Assembly: GCA_964035545.1 (NCBI GenBank)
Contig: OZ037765.1
Coordinates: forward strand, 24,675,504 to 24,739,503
Direction: 5' to 3'
DNA: 64,000 nucleotides
DNA from: Bugula neritina
Taxonomy: Eukaryota > Animalia > Bryozoa
Positions 1 through 12,618 of the stretch are shown here, piece after piece. Numbering within the stretch: the first letter of the stretch is position 1; the number at the start of each line of letters is the position of its first letter. The position numbers and the translations under genes are program-made. Under the pieces are notes generated by a model. It worked only from the letters and a program-made list of their open reading frames with translations, did no database searches and was not told the DNA's origin.

Positions 1-3000
1 ACAAATATTTTTACTTATAAGGAATTTGCTTTTAAATGAAATGCATTTCGTTTATTCATGATGAAATATGGCCGTATGTTTTTAACTCACTGTTTATCCC
101 CTCTTCTAATAATAGAGTGGAATATAACTGTATTTTCTGTTTACAAAAGACTTGAAAGGGCAGTTTTTATAGCTAAGTTTGCTGTTAATTCTGGATTCTA
201 CAAATTACATGTATGTAAAAGCAGTATTAAAAATCAGTGCTACTCTGGTTGTTGAAATAAGAGTAGCAACTTATAGCTCATCCTTCTGCAACTTTGAGTT
301 GAGCTGGAATCTAATCAACATAATATTATTAATATAATGCCATTGATTGATCAGCGAATATTTGCCTCACAGTACAGCTTATATCATTGTATGAGTTTGA
401 ACTATTATATTCTTGTTGAACTGAATATATTATGCAATTATGATACACTGTTGGGCCATCAGCATGCTAATGAAATAAAAAAGGTCAAAAATCAGAAGGA
501 GTTTAACTTTTTCTTGTAAGCTCCTGTTGAAAATATGTGTAATGAAATTTCAAACTTTTCAAGTAAGGTTTGGTACAAATTTATCAAAATATTTCCTTTA
601 AAAAATTATTCGTAATAATCTAAATCTTACAAATTACTATCAGTCTGTCCACAGTCTTTGTTTTAACTGACTTAAAATCAAGTCAAATAGATTGAAATAA
701 ACCTAGACTATTGGCCTAAATTCCCAAATAGAAAAATGATTAAACTACCAACCCTGTTGTACAAAATAACTGTACAATTCTACACCAAGTTTTTCCTACA
801 CAAGCTTTTATTCCATATTAACTAATCACTATAAATAGTAGCTAAAGATAGTTATATACAGATCCCTGCCTTTTTATTGGTACAAAAAGCCTAATTTTTA
901 AACTATTTTAAAAAAGAAAAGTTTTATATTTTGTTGAGATGCAGCTAATGAAGATTATTTCTTAGAATAATATCGTTAAAAGATATGTAACAGGCAAATT
1001 TACACATAATCAAATTCGACAAGAAAACTGCTGTCAAGATTGATAAGTTGACATACACAAGCATCTGCAGTTCATTCCCATCATAATGTACTAAATGTTA
1101 ATTCCATCAAAGCTCTACACCACTAAATCAATATAGACCTACACTGTAGAACAAGTACTGCTTCAAGTGTTAGCTTTATCATGTGAAAGAAATATAAAGC
1201 AAATAATCTGTACATCATCCATCCATGTCAGCCTAAACTTAGTTATCTTCATTTCTTATACTGCAGGCAGTTCAAATATATGGTTAATTGCAAGAGTAGA
1301 GCATGAAATGAGCTTATAATAATATATTCAACAAGTTTTCACTGGCAAACTTGATCTATATAGACTTGTTTTGTGTAGTAATTCTTTTTTGGTATCTTTG
1401 AACTTAATTTTATTGAAATACCTAAACTTTTGTCTTCCATCTCAGCTGATAAATTGTTTCTAAGAAAATAAAATTACACATTGCAAGCCATTATTACGCA
1501 ACGTAGCAATTATACTAAACTGCATACTACCTTGCAACTGGTTGCAGGTTTTCAAAGTAAATAGTTCGCTTGCAGTCGATGCCCTGTGAATAAATTGCTG
1601 AACTGTTAAAACCAACATGCTACTTATTAAAGACTCTATTAGCGCATATCTCTACACAGCCCATGTAGAAAAAAGTATTTATGCCACATTTTAGTGTAAT
1701 AAAGCAATATAAAAAATGTTGATAATGAAAAATAGAAATCCCATGGTTTTGTTAGCGTTAATGATTTATATAAGTTAAGTTTTTTCCCACATCTAACTGT
1801 GGTCGTTTCTGAAATTTTTCAAACTTACTGTGTCAAGCTGTTGCTGAAACTACAAGTTATTGCATTGGGTATAACATATTGCTTACCTCTACAATACGAA
1901 GTACCACTGACCTTGTGACACATGTATGTTTTACTGTAGCCTTCCCATTGCCATGTTCTGACCACAATGACATCATATGTAGACTACACTGTGTGTGTCA
2001 TTGGCCAGCTGTCAACACTGCTTACATCACAATTATGCCTTAGCTGCCTGTATATATAATATAAATGCTAAATGGGTTCTAACAAACCTATAGTTTCATG
2101 AGAATATTCAAAAATAATTAAGTTTATAAATTTTATGGTAGCGTCTGATTTTCTGGAACTTTATAAAGCTACCAAAAAACCTGCATGAAGCAGTTTCAAG
2201 ACAAGCCAAATAACTAAAATCTGCTTTATACTTTCTTAGCAATATGAACCCTGTTATTATACAGCCTGCAGTTATCAACAGACTCGTTATATAAAACTCT
2301 TACTATTAAAAAAGTTTTTTTGATGAATGTGATTAGTATATATGTCATATAAATTGCAGGGATCTTAGCTTTTTACTATAGTTATATTATTTATATTATT
2401 TACTTAATTTTATACATATCTATACAATAAGCTTACTTACATAAACAACATCCGGCATAATATTATTAAACTTACTTTTATTTGATACTGAAAACACTAC
2501 GTTGTCTGCTGCCGTTGTTTTAAAACTATTTGATAAAAGCAGCAGTTCTTAACTCACCTTTAATTTTAACAGCAGTGTAGTCTAGCCGTTCTCTCTCAAA
2601 GCGAGGCTAGTGCTAGCAGCTGTAATGGTAGTGATGCTTAGTACAGTACGTATTGCTCCTCTTAACTCAACGACCTAAAGCCCTACACAACATCAATATT
2701 CTGATACATTAGCATTCAAGTTAATTGAAGAGAACCGTATAGTTAGTACAACTATTGATGAGGATTCTAATGTATAATGATATAATGCTGTACCACTTAC
2801 TGCAGCTCATAGCTCTATGTTACATTCAACTATAATGCAGATAACGAAGTTCCACACTCAGCATGGCAAGTATATAACGTTAGAAACAGCATAATGATTA
2901 TACAGCAATGCACACTGCAGCATATTAACACCAAGCTGTTCAGGCCTATATTATGAGCATATATAATATCAAGCAAACATAATCTTAATGCAACGAATGA

Positions 3001-4557
3001 TAAACCCTGCTAGTGCATCTGCTGGGGTCAGGTTTCATAAGTCACCTGACTTCCATATATAGAGAGCACTGACAGTAAAGGTAATAACAGTATCGCTAGG
3101 TTATATACCTGTGTGTATAATTGAGTATACTTGCCTAGTTTACATACCATATAATGGTGAGGATAAATTACGTTGCTATCTCACTTTATAAGAAAATTAC
3201 AGGAATATATTTTAAAGCAATACCAATATAACATTCAAATCTGTAGTAGCAGGCAGCATGGATGCAATTTTTGGAGTGAAAACCAGTTTTTTATTCTAAC
3301 GAAATAATTCCTTAATCAGTGAAAAAAAGTGTGGTACATATTAGTGCTTTTTAAAAAACATAAGGCTTTACATGCAACAAGGTTTTAAAGGAAGCAGCTT
3401 CAAATAAGATAAAAAAGCAGTTGAAATATTAAGTTTTTAATGTTGCAAACAAGAGACAAACTTGATACAAGAACTTTATTTGTCTGTTTTCTTTACCAAG
3501 TGCTGTACTCCCATATCCACCTATTAACTAATTTTCAGTTTGGTCCATAAATACTTTAATATAAATCCTTATCTACATGACAAGCTTTAAATAATTACAA
3601 TTTTTTAATAGGACAACTTGATTATAATGCAATAAAGCGTAATTAAATGTAAAATAATGTTTCAAGATATGAAGGCCTTAGGGTACAGTAGTTATAGTGA
3701 CATATGGTAGTGCCTATTCTGGGGGAGGAGGGGTTGTGTCATGGGTAGCAAGAGATTCACTCCATAGATTAGGCAACTTTAACCCTCAATAGGGACCAGT
3801 CTCTTACAGCTACAGTGTGGTACTAACAGCTTTATAGCAAAGCGCTGCTTATAGACAAGTATTTAATTATTTAGCAACTTTGCTAATGCTTTTGGATCTG
3901 AACAACAAAATACAATACTTCAAAGTGATACTCCTCACAATATTCTTTATTATACTATTGTTTTACTTTTATTGTAGTACATCAGACTCATTCAAGTGTG
4001 GCTTTATAACATGTCTATTGGTTTCAGCAAACTTCAAAGGTTTTAACACTTACATTGCACCAGGCCTAAGCAGCATTTGACTGCATGCAATTTTTTGCAT
4101 CTTTTTAGCAAAATGCAACACATGCTTGTGTTACATGAATTAAATAGCACTCCTGTGAAGTATTTTGGTATGAATATTTGTTTTAGAATTAAAAAAAATG
4201 TTAGCAATATTTAAATATTGGGCTAATCTTGATTTTAATTAGATGACTAAAGTCAAAATTTGAAAATGACTTCTTGGTAATGTCAGCATAATTCTTTATT
4301 TTCAGAGCATATTTTTTTTCTTCTATTAATAAACCCTGATATTGTGAACTTGTATGCAATTCACAGGTTAGTTAGTTATATAACTGTTGACACTCAATTC
4401 ACAAGTGCTTACAGAATGATGATTGAGTAGTAAACGTAGTCACATCTAGTTACGCACACTTTTTCTACCGGTTCCCACTTATAAAGCTTTACCCACCGGA
4501 GGTTTACGTATGCAAGCTGCTCAGTTGGTTCACTTAGATTTGTGACTTTCAGAAAAC

Positions 4558-4986
4558 GGTTTCATCCCACTTAAGCGCTTCCCAGTTAGACGCTATTTTT
4601 TATTTTGGTACCATAACATTGATTGCTAAATAGCTAATATGCCAATAGCTATAATAGCTGATATAAAGTATCTGGAATAATAGCCCACTTTTTATGGATT
4701 TTGTTGGGCAAAAACAGTGTTACATTAATAATGGACATTACTTTTAATGAATACTTATTACCAAAATATTTTTTCACATAACAGGAAGTTAATAGAATAT
4801 GCGAAATTAATGAGTTAATCCAGATCAAAGGAATTTATTTATGTGCTAAATAACAAACAATTGATCCAACGTTATTTAAATATACATATATTTCAATAAT
4901 ATTCAAATAAATTGCACATAAAATATATATTGTATCAAAATAAATAAATAGCGTGTAACTGGAAAGCGTCTATGCGGGATGACATC
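4558..4986. mobile_element. Mutator-like MITE, 429 bp
   Basis: Exact 9-bp direct repeat TCAGAAAAC at 4549-4557 and 4987-4995. ~55-bp imperfect TIRs (GGTTTCATCCCACTTAAGCGCTTCCCAGTTAGACGCTATT... versus its reverse complement ending ...GGGATGACATC). Confidence 0.75.
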
Positions 4987-6699
4987 TCAGAAAACACCAT
5001 TGTCTAAAAAAATGAAAAGGAATCGGATAAAGATTTATATGAACTGTAAAGAGATGAGTGTCATAAGAAGATTTGGTTACTGATGCTGGTGCTTACAAAA
5101 AACTGCATGACTCATTCTCAAACAAGTTGTAAACTTGCTAACTAGAGTTAAAGTTTATTTACTTTGTTAAATAGAAGATCAAATTTTCTCCATATTGCAG
5201 ATTAAAACTTATTTAAAAATAAAATGTACATAACTTATACAGCGTACAGTGCAACTTTTTATAGTTGACAAGCACAATCTTGCTAAATACTTTTTATAGT
5301 CAACCACTTGAAGGTAAAAACATAGAAATTGTGAAAATACTCATTTACTTTTTTTAATATTTCCATTTTGGTAGCAGTCATGCCTGTTTCGTACTAATCC
5401 CAATGATTGGATTGCTAATCTTATAATTGTTTTCAGAAAATACAGCCTGCGAATGATATTTTGTACCTTTCAATATGGGCAGCAACATAAAACCTCATTA
5501 TTTTGAAGACACAAGACACGACTTGCTAAAACCAGACTTCGTTCAGCTCTTTCTAGATTGCAAATAAGTTTTTAGGATTTTGGAATAATAATAATTGAAA
5601 CTTTAAAAAATGGTCTAGAAACTGCAGATTTAGATGAGTTCACAATTAATGAAAATTTACAAAACATTTCGACGAGTGTCTACCATATTGTGCAGAGTTT
5701 TTGCATCACATGTATTATCTCAAAGCAAATTTAATAGAAATGATAGAACGTACATAATATTACTATAAAGATAGTGCAAGCTGAAAGAATCATGCATAGT
5801 GCAATAAATTATTGCATGCATAACACATGCATGCAGTTAAACTATAATGTAAGTTACAGTTTACCACCCAACCTTATTGCTAATTAAATTACTTGAACTA
5901 TATTGGCAGACAGCTATGTTGCAACTAAGGAATAATAGTCATTAGTGGATTATATAGGCATGCATTATGAAGCATAATTGCATTATAATACTTCAGGCTA
6001 TACAGTGCTGTTCATACAAGTACTAGTTCTTTTGCTTAGCCTCTGTGCAGGGAGTTTTCCCCTCTTCCCAGTATAACTTGTTTAGTCTGAATTTGAGTTC
6101 AGTAGAGGTCATAGGTGACATTAGTTAACGGCATATAATTGCATATAGGATACACATTTAAAAAAAGTTGGTATTATATAGAAAGCAAGCTAGTTATTAA
6201 TATAAAGTTATTATTATAAATAAATATTCTTTCCATGTGATATATTTTGCTTAATTATATCGGCATGACAATGCAGATTAAGTCAACTGGCTAACAAAAA
6301 CTTTTAAAAAATAAACTATCGCTTTCAAAGCACCAAATTCATATAACTCATCATCAAAGCAGTTGTTATGTTTTCATAGTCAATAGAATATTAATTTGTT
6401 ACCAGGGAACTGGAGCAGCAGAAATCTATTTTTAGTGAGATTTGCCATGAGATTGTCATGACAGTGCCATTTCGCAAACATCATCATGACAGACTATCTA
6501 CTCAATCTACATTGTACTCATTACTCAAGTCTAACCTTTTATGTTGTTGAAGTCTGCAATAAAGCATCAGTCATTTCAGTAGAGCAATGCTTGTCTATAG
6601 ATGTTGCATGTCATATTATACAAATACAGCTGCAGAACGCTATAATACAAGAATGTATGATTGGTTGGTATAAACTATATACTGTGCTGATGATAATTC

Positions 6700-7170
6700 T
6701 CCAATGACCAAGTAATACCCATGTGTAAACATCTTACACTAAATAAAGTGTAACAGTAAGCTTTTCTTTTACATAGATATTCAGGTTAGGCATATGGCTG
6801 ATACACACTTTTATGATATTAGTTGTTTTGTAATAATAAATGGGAAGCTTTGTTGTAGTTGAAAATTTCAAGCCAGAAATCAAAATAAAGATAAACCTAA
6901 ATGTTGGTAAATCTTTTGTATTACATACCTGTAATTCAATGTTTAAAAAATGTTCTTTTAATCTTTTAATGTTGTACATCAACGAACTTTTGATTTGTTA
7001 TGTGAGCTATTGTACATACATGCATAATGCATACATATACGTGTGCGTGCGTGCGCACGTGTGTGTGTGTGTAAGTACTTTTTTCTATGCTGATGAGGGG
7101 ACAAATCCCGAAACAGCTGCTGTCCACAGATAGAGATGTATATATAGCCTATATCCTACATATGAATCAT
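6700..7170 (+). mobile_element. Possible decayed Penelope-like element end (pseudo-LTR) carrying the hammerhead
   Basis: Frameshifted WEALL*L..FKPEIK at ~6841-6885 resembles the C-terminal E-x-L-x-I...KP-x-I/LN tail of PLE GIY-YIG domains. It is followed by T-rich/GT-repeat DNA and the hammerhead, which is the usual PLE order. Confidence 0.4.
7084..7130 (+). ncRNA. Minimal type I hammerhead ribozyme motif
   Basis: CUGAUGA 7090-7096; stem II GGGG/UCCC; GAAA 7110-7113; stem III ACAG/CUGU; GUC cleavage triplet 7122-7124; stem I UCUAUG/CACAGA (5 of 6 pairs). Confidence 0.75.
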
Positions 7171-8317
7171 ATGTTAAACTAACAAATTACATGATTGTTT
7201 TATATGTTGTTTTTCAGCAGAGAATGCAACTTGCAGCAGTAAGTCTAGAAGAAGGAAAAAAACTTCTAAACTAATGAACAATAGTGAAAAAACACCAATC
7301 AAACAAAGGTGTGTTGTGTATAAACTGATTTACCAATGCCAAAAATTATAATATAAGAATGCGATTATATATATAGCAAGCTAAAAATTATTTTACACAG
7401 TGCAAATAGACATTTTAAAATGATCAAAGTTTTACCAGAGCTATTTTTAAGAAAAAGACTTTTATAAGAATAATCTTTGAAAATTTACAAAAATACATCT
7501 CAATCCATAAAAAAGAACTGATTTGGGAATTGTTTGCTCAATAAAAGAAATTAATGTCTGTTTAGACTTTAGAGAATAATATTTATTAGGCAGATGTGTT
7601 GATATAAGCTTGGGCATTGTTAAAGGACTGGAGCCTTTAGCATTGCATAATGCTTGAATTAATAGTTGTGGTATTAAATTGCTAAAATACAATAGAAAGA
7701 TAAAATGGGCATTTTTTTCAACATGACAAATTCAATAATAATTTTGCAGACGACTTCCAATTACTAAAGATTTTGTAAAGTCATGTGAGGCTCAAATAGA
7801 GTTTAACGAATTTGTGACAGTCTGCTAAGTAGAAGTTAAAAGCCTGCACAGAGAAACAAACTGGTATAAAAAGTTATACAAATCTCATCAATAAACCAAC
7901 ATGTACTAAATATCAATGTTGAGTACAAAAGACACATGCTGTTAAAAAATATTCGTCTTGTATTAATCTGGTGATGAGGTGCCAAACCAAAACCCCTGCT
8001 CAACTGATTACCAACTCTTTAGGCTATGAAACCTGGCTGGTTATTACCTCTGCTGATCACAAAGATCAAAACAATAGCCTTAAAAACGAACAGATAATAA
8101 CTATACAGTTAGCGTACAATTATTAACCAGTTATATATGCTAGTAGTCTTAATTTAATTGTATATTTAAAACCATAACAAAATCATTTATTCTGAACTTT
8201 TCAAATGCTTTATTGGTGGCAAAATATTATAGCATATTACAAACACAGCAAATCTTCAAGTGTGAATGTGTAGGAATACAGCCTAATTGGGTGTATAATC
8301 AAAGTGACTGATTAATA

Positions 8318-11300
8318 TTAACCGAAAACAACTCTGCCATCTGGGTGAAACTCTGGAGAGTTAGCATCGCTAAGCTCCTCCCAACCATTAGTTTTTATAA
8401 GCTGTTTGAACCATTTGGCTGAATCCTTCGTCTCTCGCGGTCTGCCAGGATCACCAAAGTCTACGTAGTGGAGGCCAAACTTCTCACTGTAACCTTGGCG
8501 CCATTCAAAATTATCCAGGAGTGACCAAGCGGTGTAGCCTTTTACATTACACCCATCGTCGATAGCTATAATTCAGAAAAAAAACATTGTAGATACTTGC
8601 ATGCACATGCTTACCAACTGCTAACATTAGAGACATAAACAACTAATCTATTTATTACAGGCTAAATCAAGGGCCTCTGCTAGACCACCCACAGTTAGTG
8701 CTTTGCCATAACGCTGAACGTTGGCAATATATAGACTTATTTTGACTGGCCACTACAACTTTGTAGCAACTATCACAACTCAACCTGCTCAATAGACCCA
8801 TTTTATCAAGCTGGGAGATGACTCAGATAAGAAAAGACAGCATCCTCTGAAAAACTGACATGTGGAATCTAATACCGGCACCAACATTGCCAGATGAGCG
8901 AAGTCTACAGTCTAGCACACAGTAAAAAGTTAACTCCAAAACAATAGAACATTATGATGAAGAAAGAACTGAATTGACTAGTTGAGTGTAAACAACTAGT
9001 CAACCAAGTTTAAGGTTGTCATCTCGTGCATAAAGCTTAAAATAACATATTGTAAACATAAAAAAACAATATTAAAATTATTCAATTATACCAAGACAAT
9101 ATAATATACCTTTGAGGACATTATTAATATAGCCATTATAAAAATCAATTCGGAAATTATCATTAAGAGTGCCATTCTTGTCGGAAACTCCATTTTCTGT
9201 GACATAAAGGTCAGGGTTATTATATTCATACTTTATCCAATTCAACAAGCTCCTTAGACCCCAAGGTACAACTTTCAACCAGGAAGACCCTGAGCTACAA
9301 TAGTAAAACACCACTTTCATTCAATAGTTGAAAATTTTCTTAAACATAATAATTCAAGTTTGCTTTAGACACACCAAAATTATCATAAACAAGTTCCATT
9401 TATTTAAAAACTTACCAAGGATATATTTGGGAACACCTTGGTATAAAACAGGTGGCGATATGACAACTCATTTAATGTAAAGTAAATATTGACATGTTGG
9501 TTAGTAGGAAAAAGATTACCACCAGCTGTGGTAAATCGTGCTGATAAAAGTAAATTAGAAATACAGTCACCAGAGTGAGGCTCGTGACATACTTTGGCCA
9601 AGCTGGGTCAGCAGTTACATCAATATCCTGATCTTTATCGTACGACACATATGAGCTATCCTCCTTGTCAGCAACGTATTGGGTGGTATAGTGATTCAAT
9701 CCAAAGAAATCATAAGTCCCTAAAAACATAGAACAAAAACATCTATATAAAGAAAGCAGTTACTTAAATATTTAATACACAGGAAAAAAAATTTCTAATT
9801 TAATTTTTCAAAATTGCATTCTGCTCTCCGAAGGTACTATGCCTTAAAACTATGAGCATTAGTATTCTAGATGGCATTTTCTTACTTAATGACTTAAATT
9901 TTGAAACAAGTTTTTAAAAGGTATTTGCTCCAACAGATTTACCACAAAGTTGACTGATTCAGCTTATATCACATTTTGTATCTATTTGCAGATCCAATAA
10001 GTAAACAACTATTGCAAACTAATTTTTCTTCAGAAATTTAATTGATGGATAACCAATTTTGGTATAAGTTCTAAAATGACTTAATGTAGTTTTTTTACTA
10101 ATAAAGCTTTAGAAAATTTATATAATATAAATTATATTGTTTTGTAAACCAGTGAAAATAATGCCAGCTTTTTAGTAGAACTTTTTAGTTGTTTAAAAAG
10201 TGCAACATTTCTGATGAGGTGCAATACCCATAGAAAGAAGTTTAATAATCAAGAGTTACCTTTAATCATGCATTTTTCTGCCTCAGTGAATTGAGGCAAT
10301 CTGGAAACTGGAAGACCTTGAGCTTTGCTTTTTTTAGCAACAAACTCTTTCATCACTTTTGGGTAATCTCCATTTTTATAGATAGGATGAGCAAACCAAC
10401 CGAGCTTGAACTGCTCAGCTCTCTCGGCAGCAGCTCTGTCAGCGCTTGAGTTGGTTTTTGGTTCCTTCCAGTCAGCATCAAGAGTTATAGATATTTTCCC
10501 TTAAAAATTACACGTGGGCCAATATAATCACATAATAACATAACATTCAAAGATAAAACCATTATAAGAAAATTAGGAAAATTATACAATTCAACATGAA
10601 ATACAACTCAAGTAAAAGAGTAATTTAGGGAATGTTGACATATAGTTTTATATTTAAGTTTGTTTACTACAGCAAGTACTTCTAGTTCAACAAACTTTTG
10701 GAATAAACAGAATAAACTAGCTTGTTTATAGCACACAGATTATTTGATGTAGGGGAAAGATAATTATTTTTTACAAACTACCATATTCTAAACTGAATAG
10801 TAATAATATGCATTCCACTATTTTGATACACGTCAGGTACCTCGCTGAGATTCTCTGTATTTTTCGTCATAGGTATGCCAGGCTTTAGCATGAGATCTAA
10901 TAATATTGTGAGCACAAATGTAGGGGTCAACTCCGGGCTTCTCATACTTCCCTGGTGCATGCACTGCAATTCCATACCCAAGCCAGCATGTTACAAAAGG
11001 CTCATTAAATGTCAACCACAATTTTACCTGTGAAAAAATTAATTGCGTGTTAACAGCTACATATACCTATTAGATATTGATGCTAAATAATAAATTGATA
11101 GAGTTTGCAATGGAAAAGTAGTAAACCTACATCATCACCCAGCTCCTTGAAAACTCTGTCAGCATAATCTCTGTAGTGCTCTATGACGGTGTCATTAAGC
11201 CAACCTCCAACATCCTCTAGCTGCTGTGGAAGGTCCCAGTGATACAGAGTTGCCATTGGTATGATACTATTGTTCTTCAACTCGGCCACAAGATTCTTAT

Positions 11301-12043
11301 AATACTGCATACCGGCAGCATTATACGAATCAACTTTACCAGTTGGAAATATTCTAGTCCACGCAATAGAAAACCTGTAGTGGGTCACCTAAAAGCCATC
11401 CAAGTCATGATATACAAACATAAATATGCTAAAAATATACCATATTTTGAGTAACTGCTTGATAGAGGGACACCCTGTTTACAAAGTAACACTACATACT
11501 CCCATCTCTTTCATCAGCTGCACGTCTTCTTTATATTTATTATAACTATCACAAGCAACATCTCCAGTATCTTGGTTGTAAATCACTCCGTCATGAGAAA
11601 ACTTGTCCCATATGCTTTCTCCTTTACCTAGATACAGTTTTACACCACATTGTTTTGATGGAAAGCATGCAACAAAAAGTGCACTTTCGTACTACCGTAA
11701 ATTTTGTACTACATGAAAAAAATAGTAATAATACACCTTATTTAAGATTAGCATCAGCAATTAAGCTTTGTGCTAGGGTATAGCACAAAGCTTAATTGCT
11801 GATGCTAACCTTTCGACCACTACTTAATACATACTATCATAAAACCGTGAGATTATCATTTAGGATCAACATTAACATACCACTGACGTTCCAAGCTCCT
11901 TCTATTTGATATGAGGCAGTAGCTGTCCCCCACATAAAGTTTGGTGGAAACTTTTTATGGAGAAAAGGATCATCTTTATGATGAACTGCAGAACACAAAT
12001 TGCTAACAGCAAAAAGTAGCAGTAGCTGCAGAACAGCTGCCAT
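8318..12043 (-). CDS. Glycoside hydrolase family 1 beta-glucosidase (lactase-phlorizin/GBA3-like, single GH1 domain, signal peptide), 8 exons
   Basis: Exons 12043-11881, 11627-11500, 11388-11131, 11027-10841, 10499-10260, 9719-9593, 9294-9110, 8565-8318, all GT-AG and phase-compatible. Motifs [44 protein letters not shown] (acid/base), YVTENG (nucleophile), WSLLDNFEW. Hydrophobic N-terminus [19 protein letters not shown]; ends GRVVFG*. Confidence 0.95.
11748..11808. repeat. Perfect 28-bp inverted repeat with 5-nt loop in GH1 intron 1
   Basis: TTAGCATCAGCAATTAAGCTTTGTGCTA-GGGTA-TAGCACAAAGCTTAATTGCTGATGCTAA. Confidence 0.95.
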
Positions 12044-12618
12044 TGTAAAGGTATGAAGTGAAGTGAGAAGATTAACAAGGACTGCACAGTTTTCTACTTA
12101 GCTGGACCAATAAAAATCGACCAATGGTGATACCGAGATAAATTGTTAGTTTGTAAGTAAGCATAAGGCACAGTTTCATACGCTTTGTAGAAGATAAAAT
12201 AACTTGAACAATATTAAACCAGTATTATATTCAACTATTGCAATAAGTAATTGTTGCAATTTGCTTTTTCTGAACAGAAGAATAATTAATTGTACACATT
12301 TACTGATGGAGAATTTAATAGAAAAATGAGCTTCCAAAAATAAATAGATAACTTTGGCTAGTAATTGGAATACATGTTTTGTAACTTGTTTATGTAGCAA
12401 AGATATTTTAGCATTTGCATAGTCATTAGGGAAGTTACTATCCGAGAATATTTCATAAAATCTAACGTGATTTAATTGAATAAAAGCTAGGTCATTTTTT
12501 TAAATTTATTTCTATAAATAAAAAAAGTATTATACGCTATTATTCAGTCAGTATTGGAATAAAAAAAACTTATTGATTGATGTTTAATAGAAGCAAAACC
12601 TCAAAAATGTCAATTTTA

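Noticed and set aside
5436-5715. Possible plus-strand coding remnant (…DTRHDLLKPDFVQLFLDCK…)
   Set aside because: Many stops and no recognisable family, so it cannot be supported.
10211-10240. Second hammerhead (CTGATGAGGTGCAATACC...GAAA); similar string at 7971-7995
   Set aside because: Extra bases between stem II and GAAA and no stem III/NUH. The 7971 copy has GTGA and AAAA in place of CTGA and GAAA.
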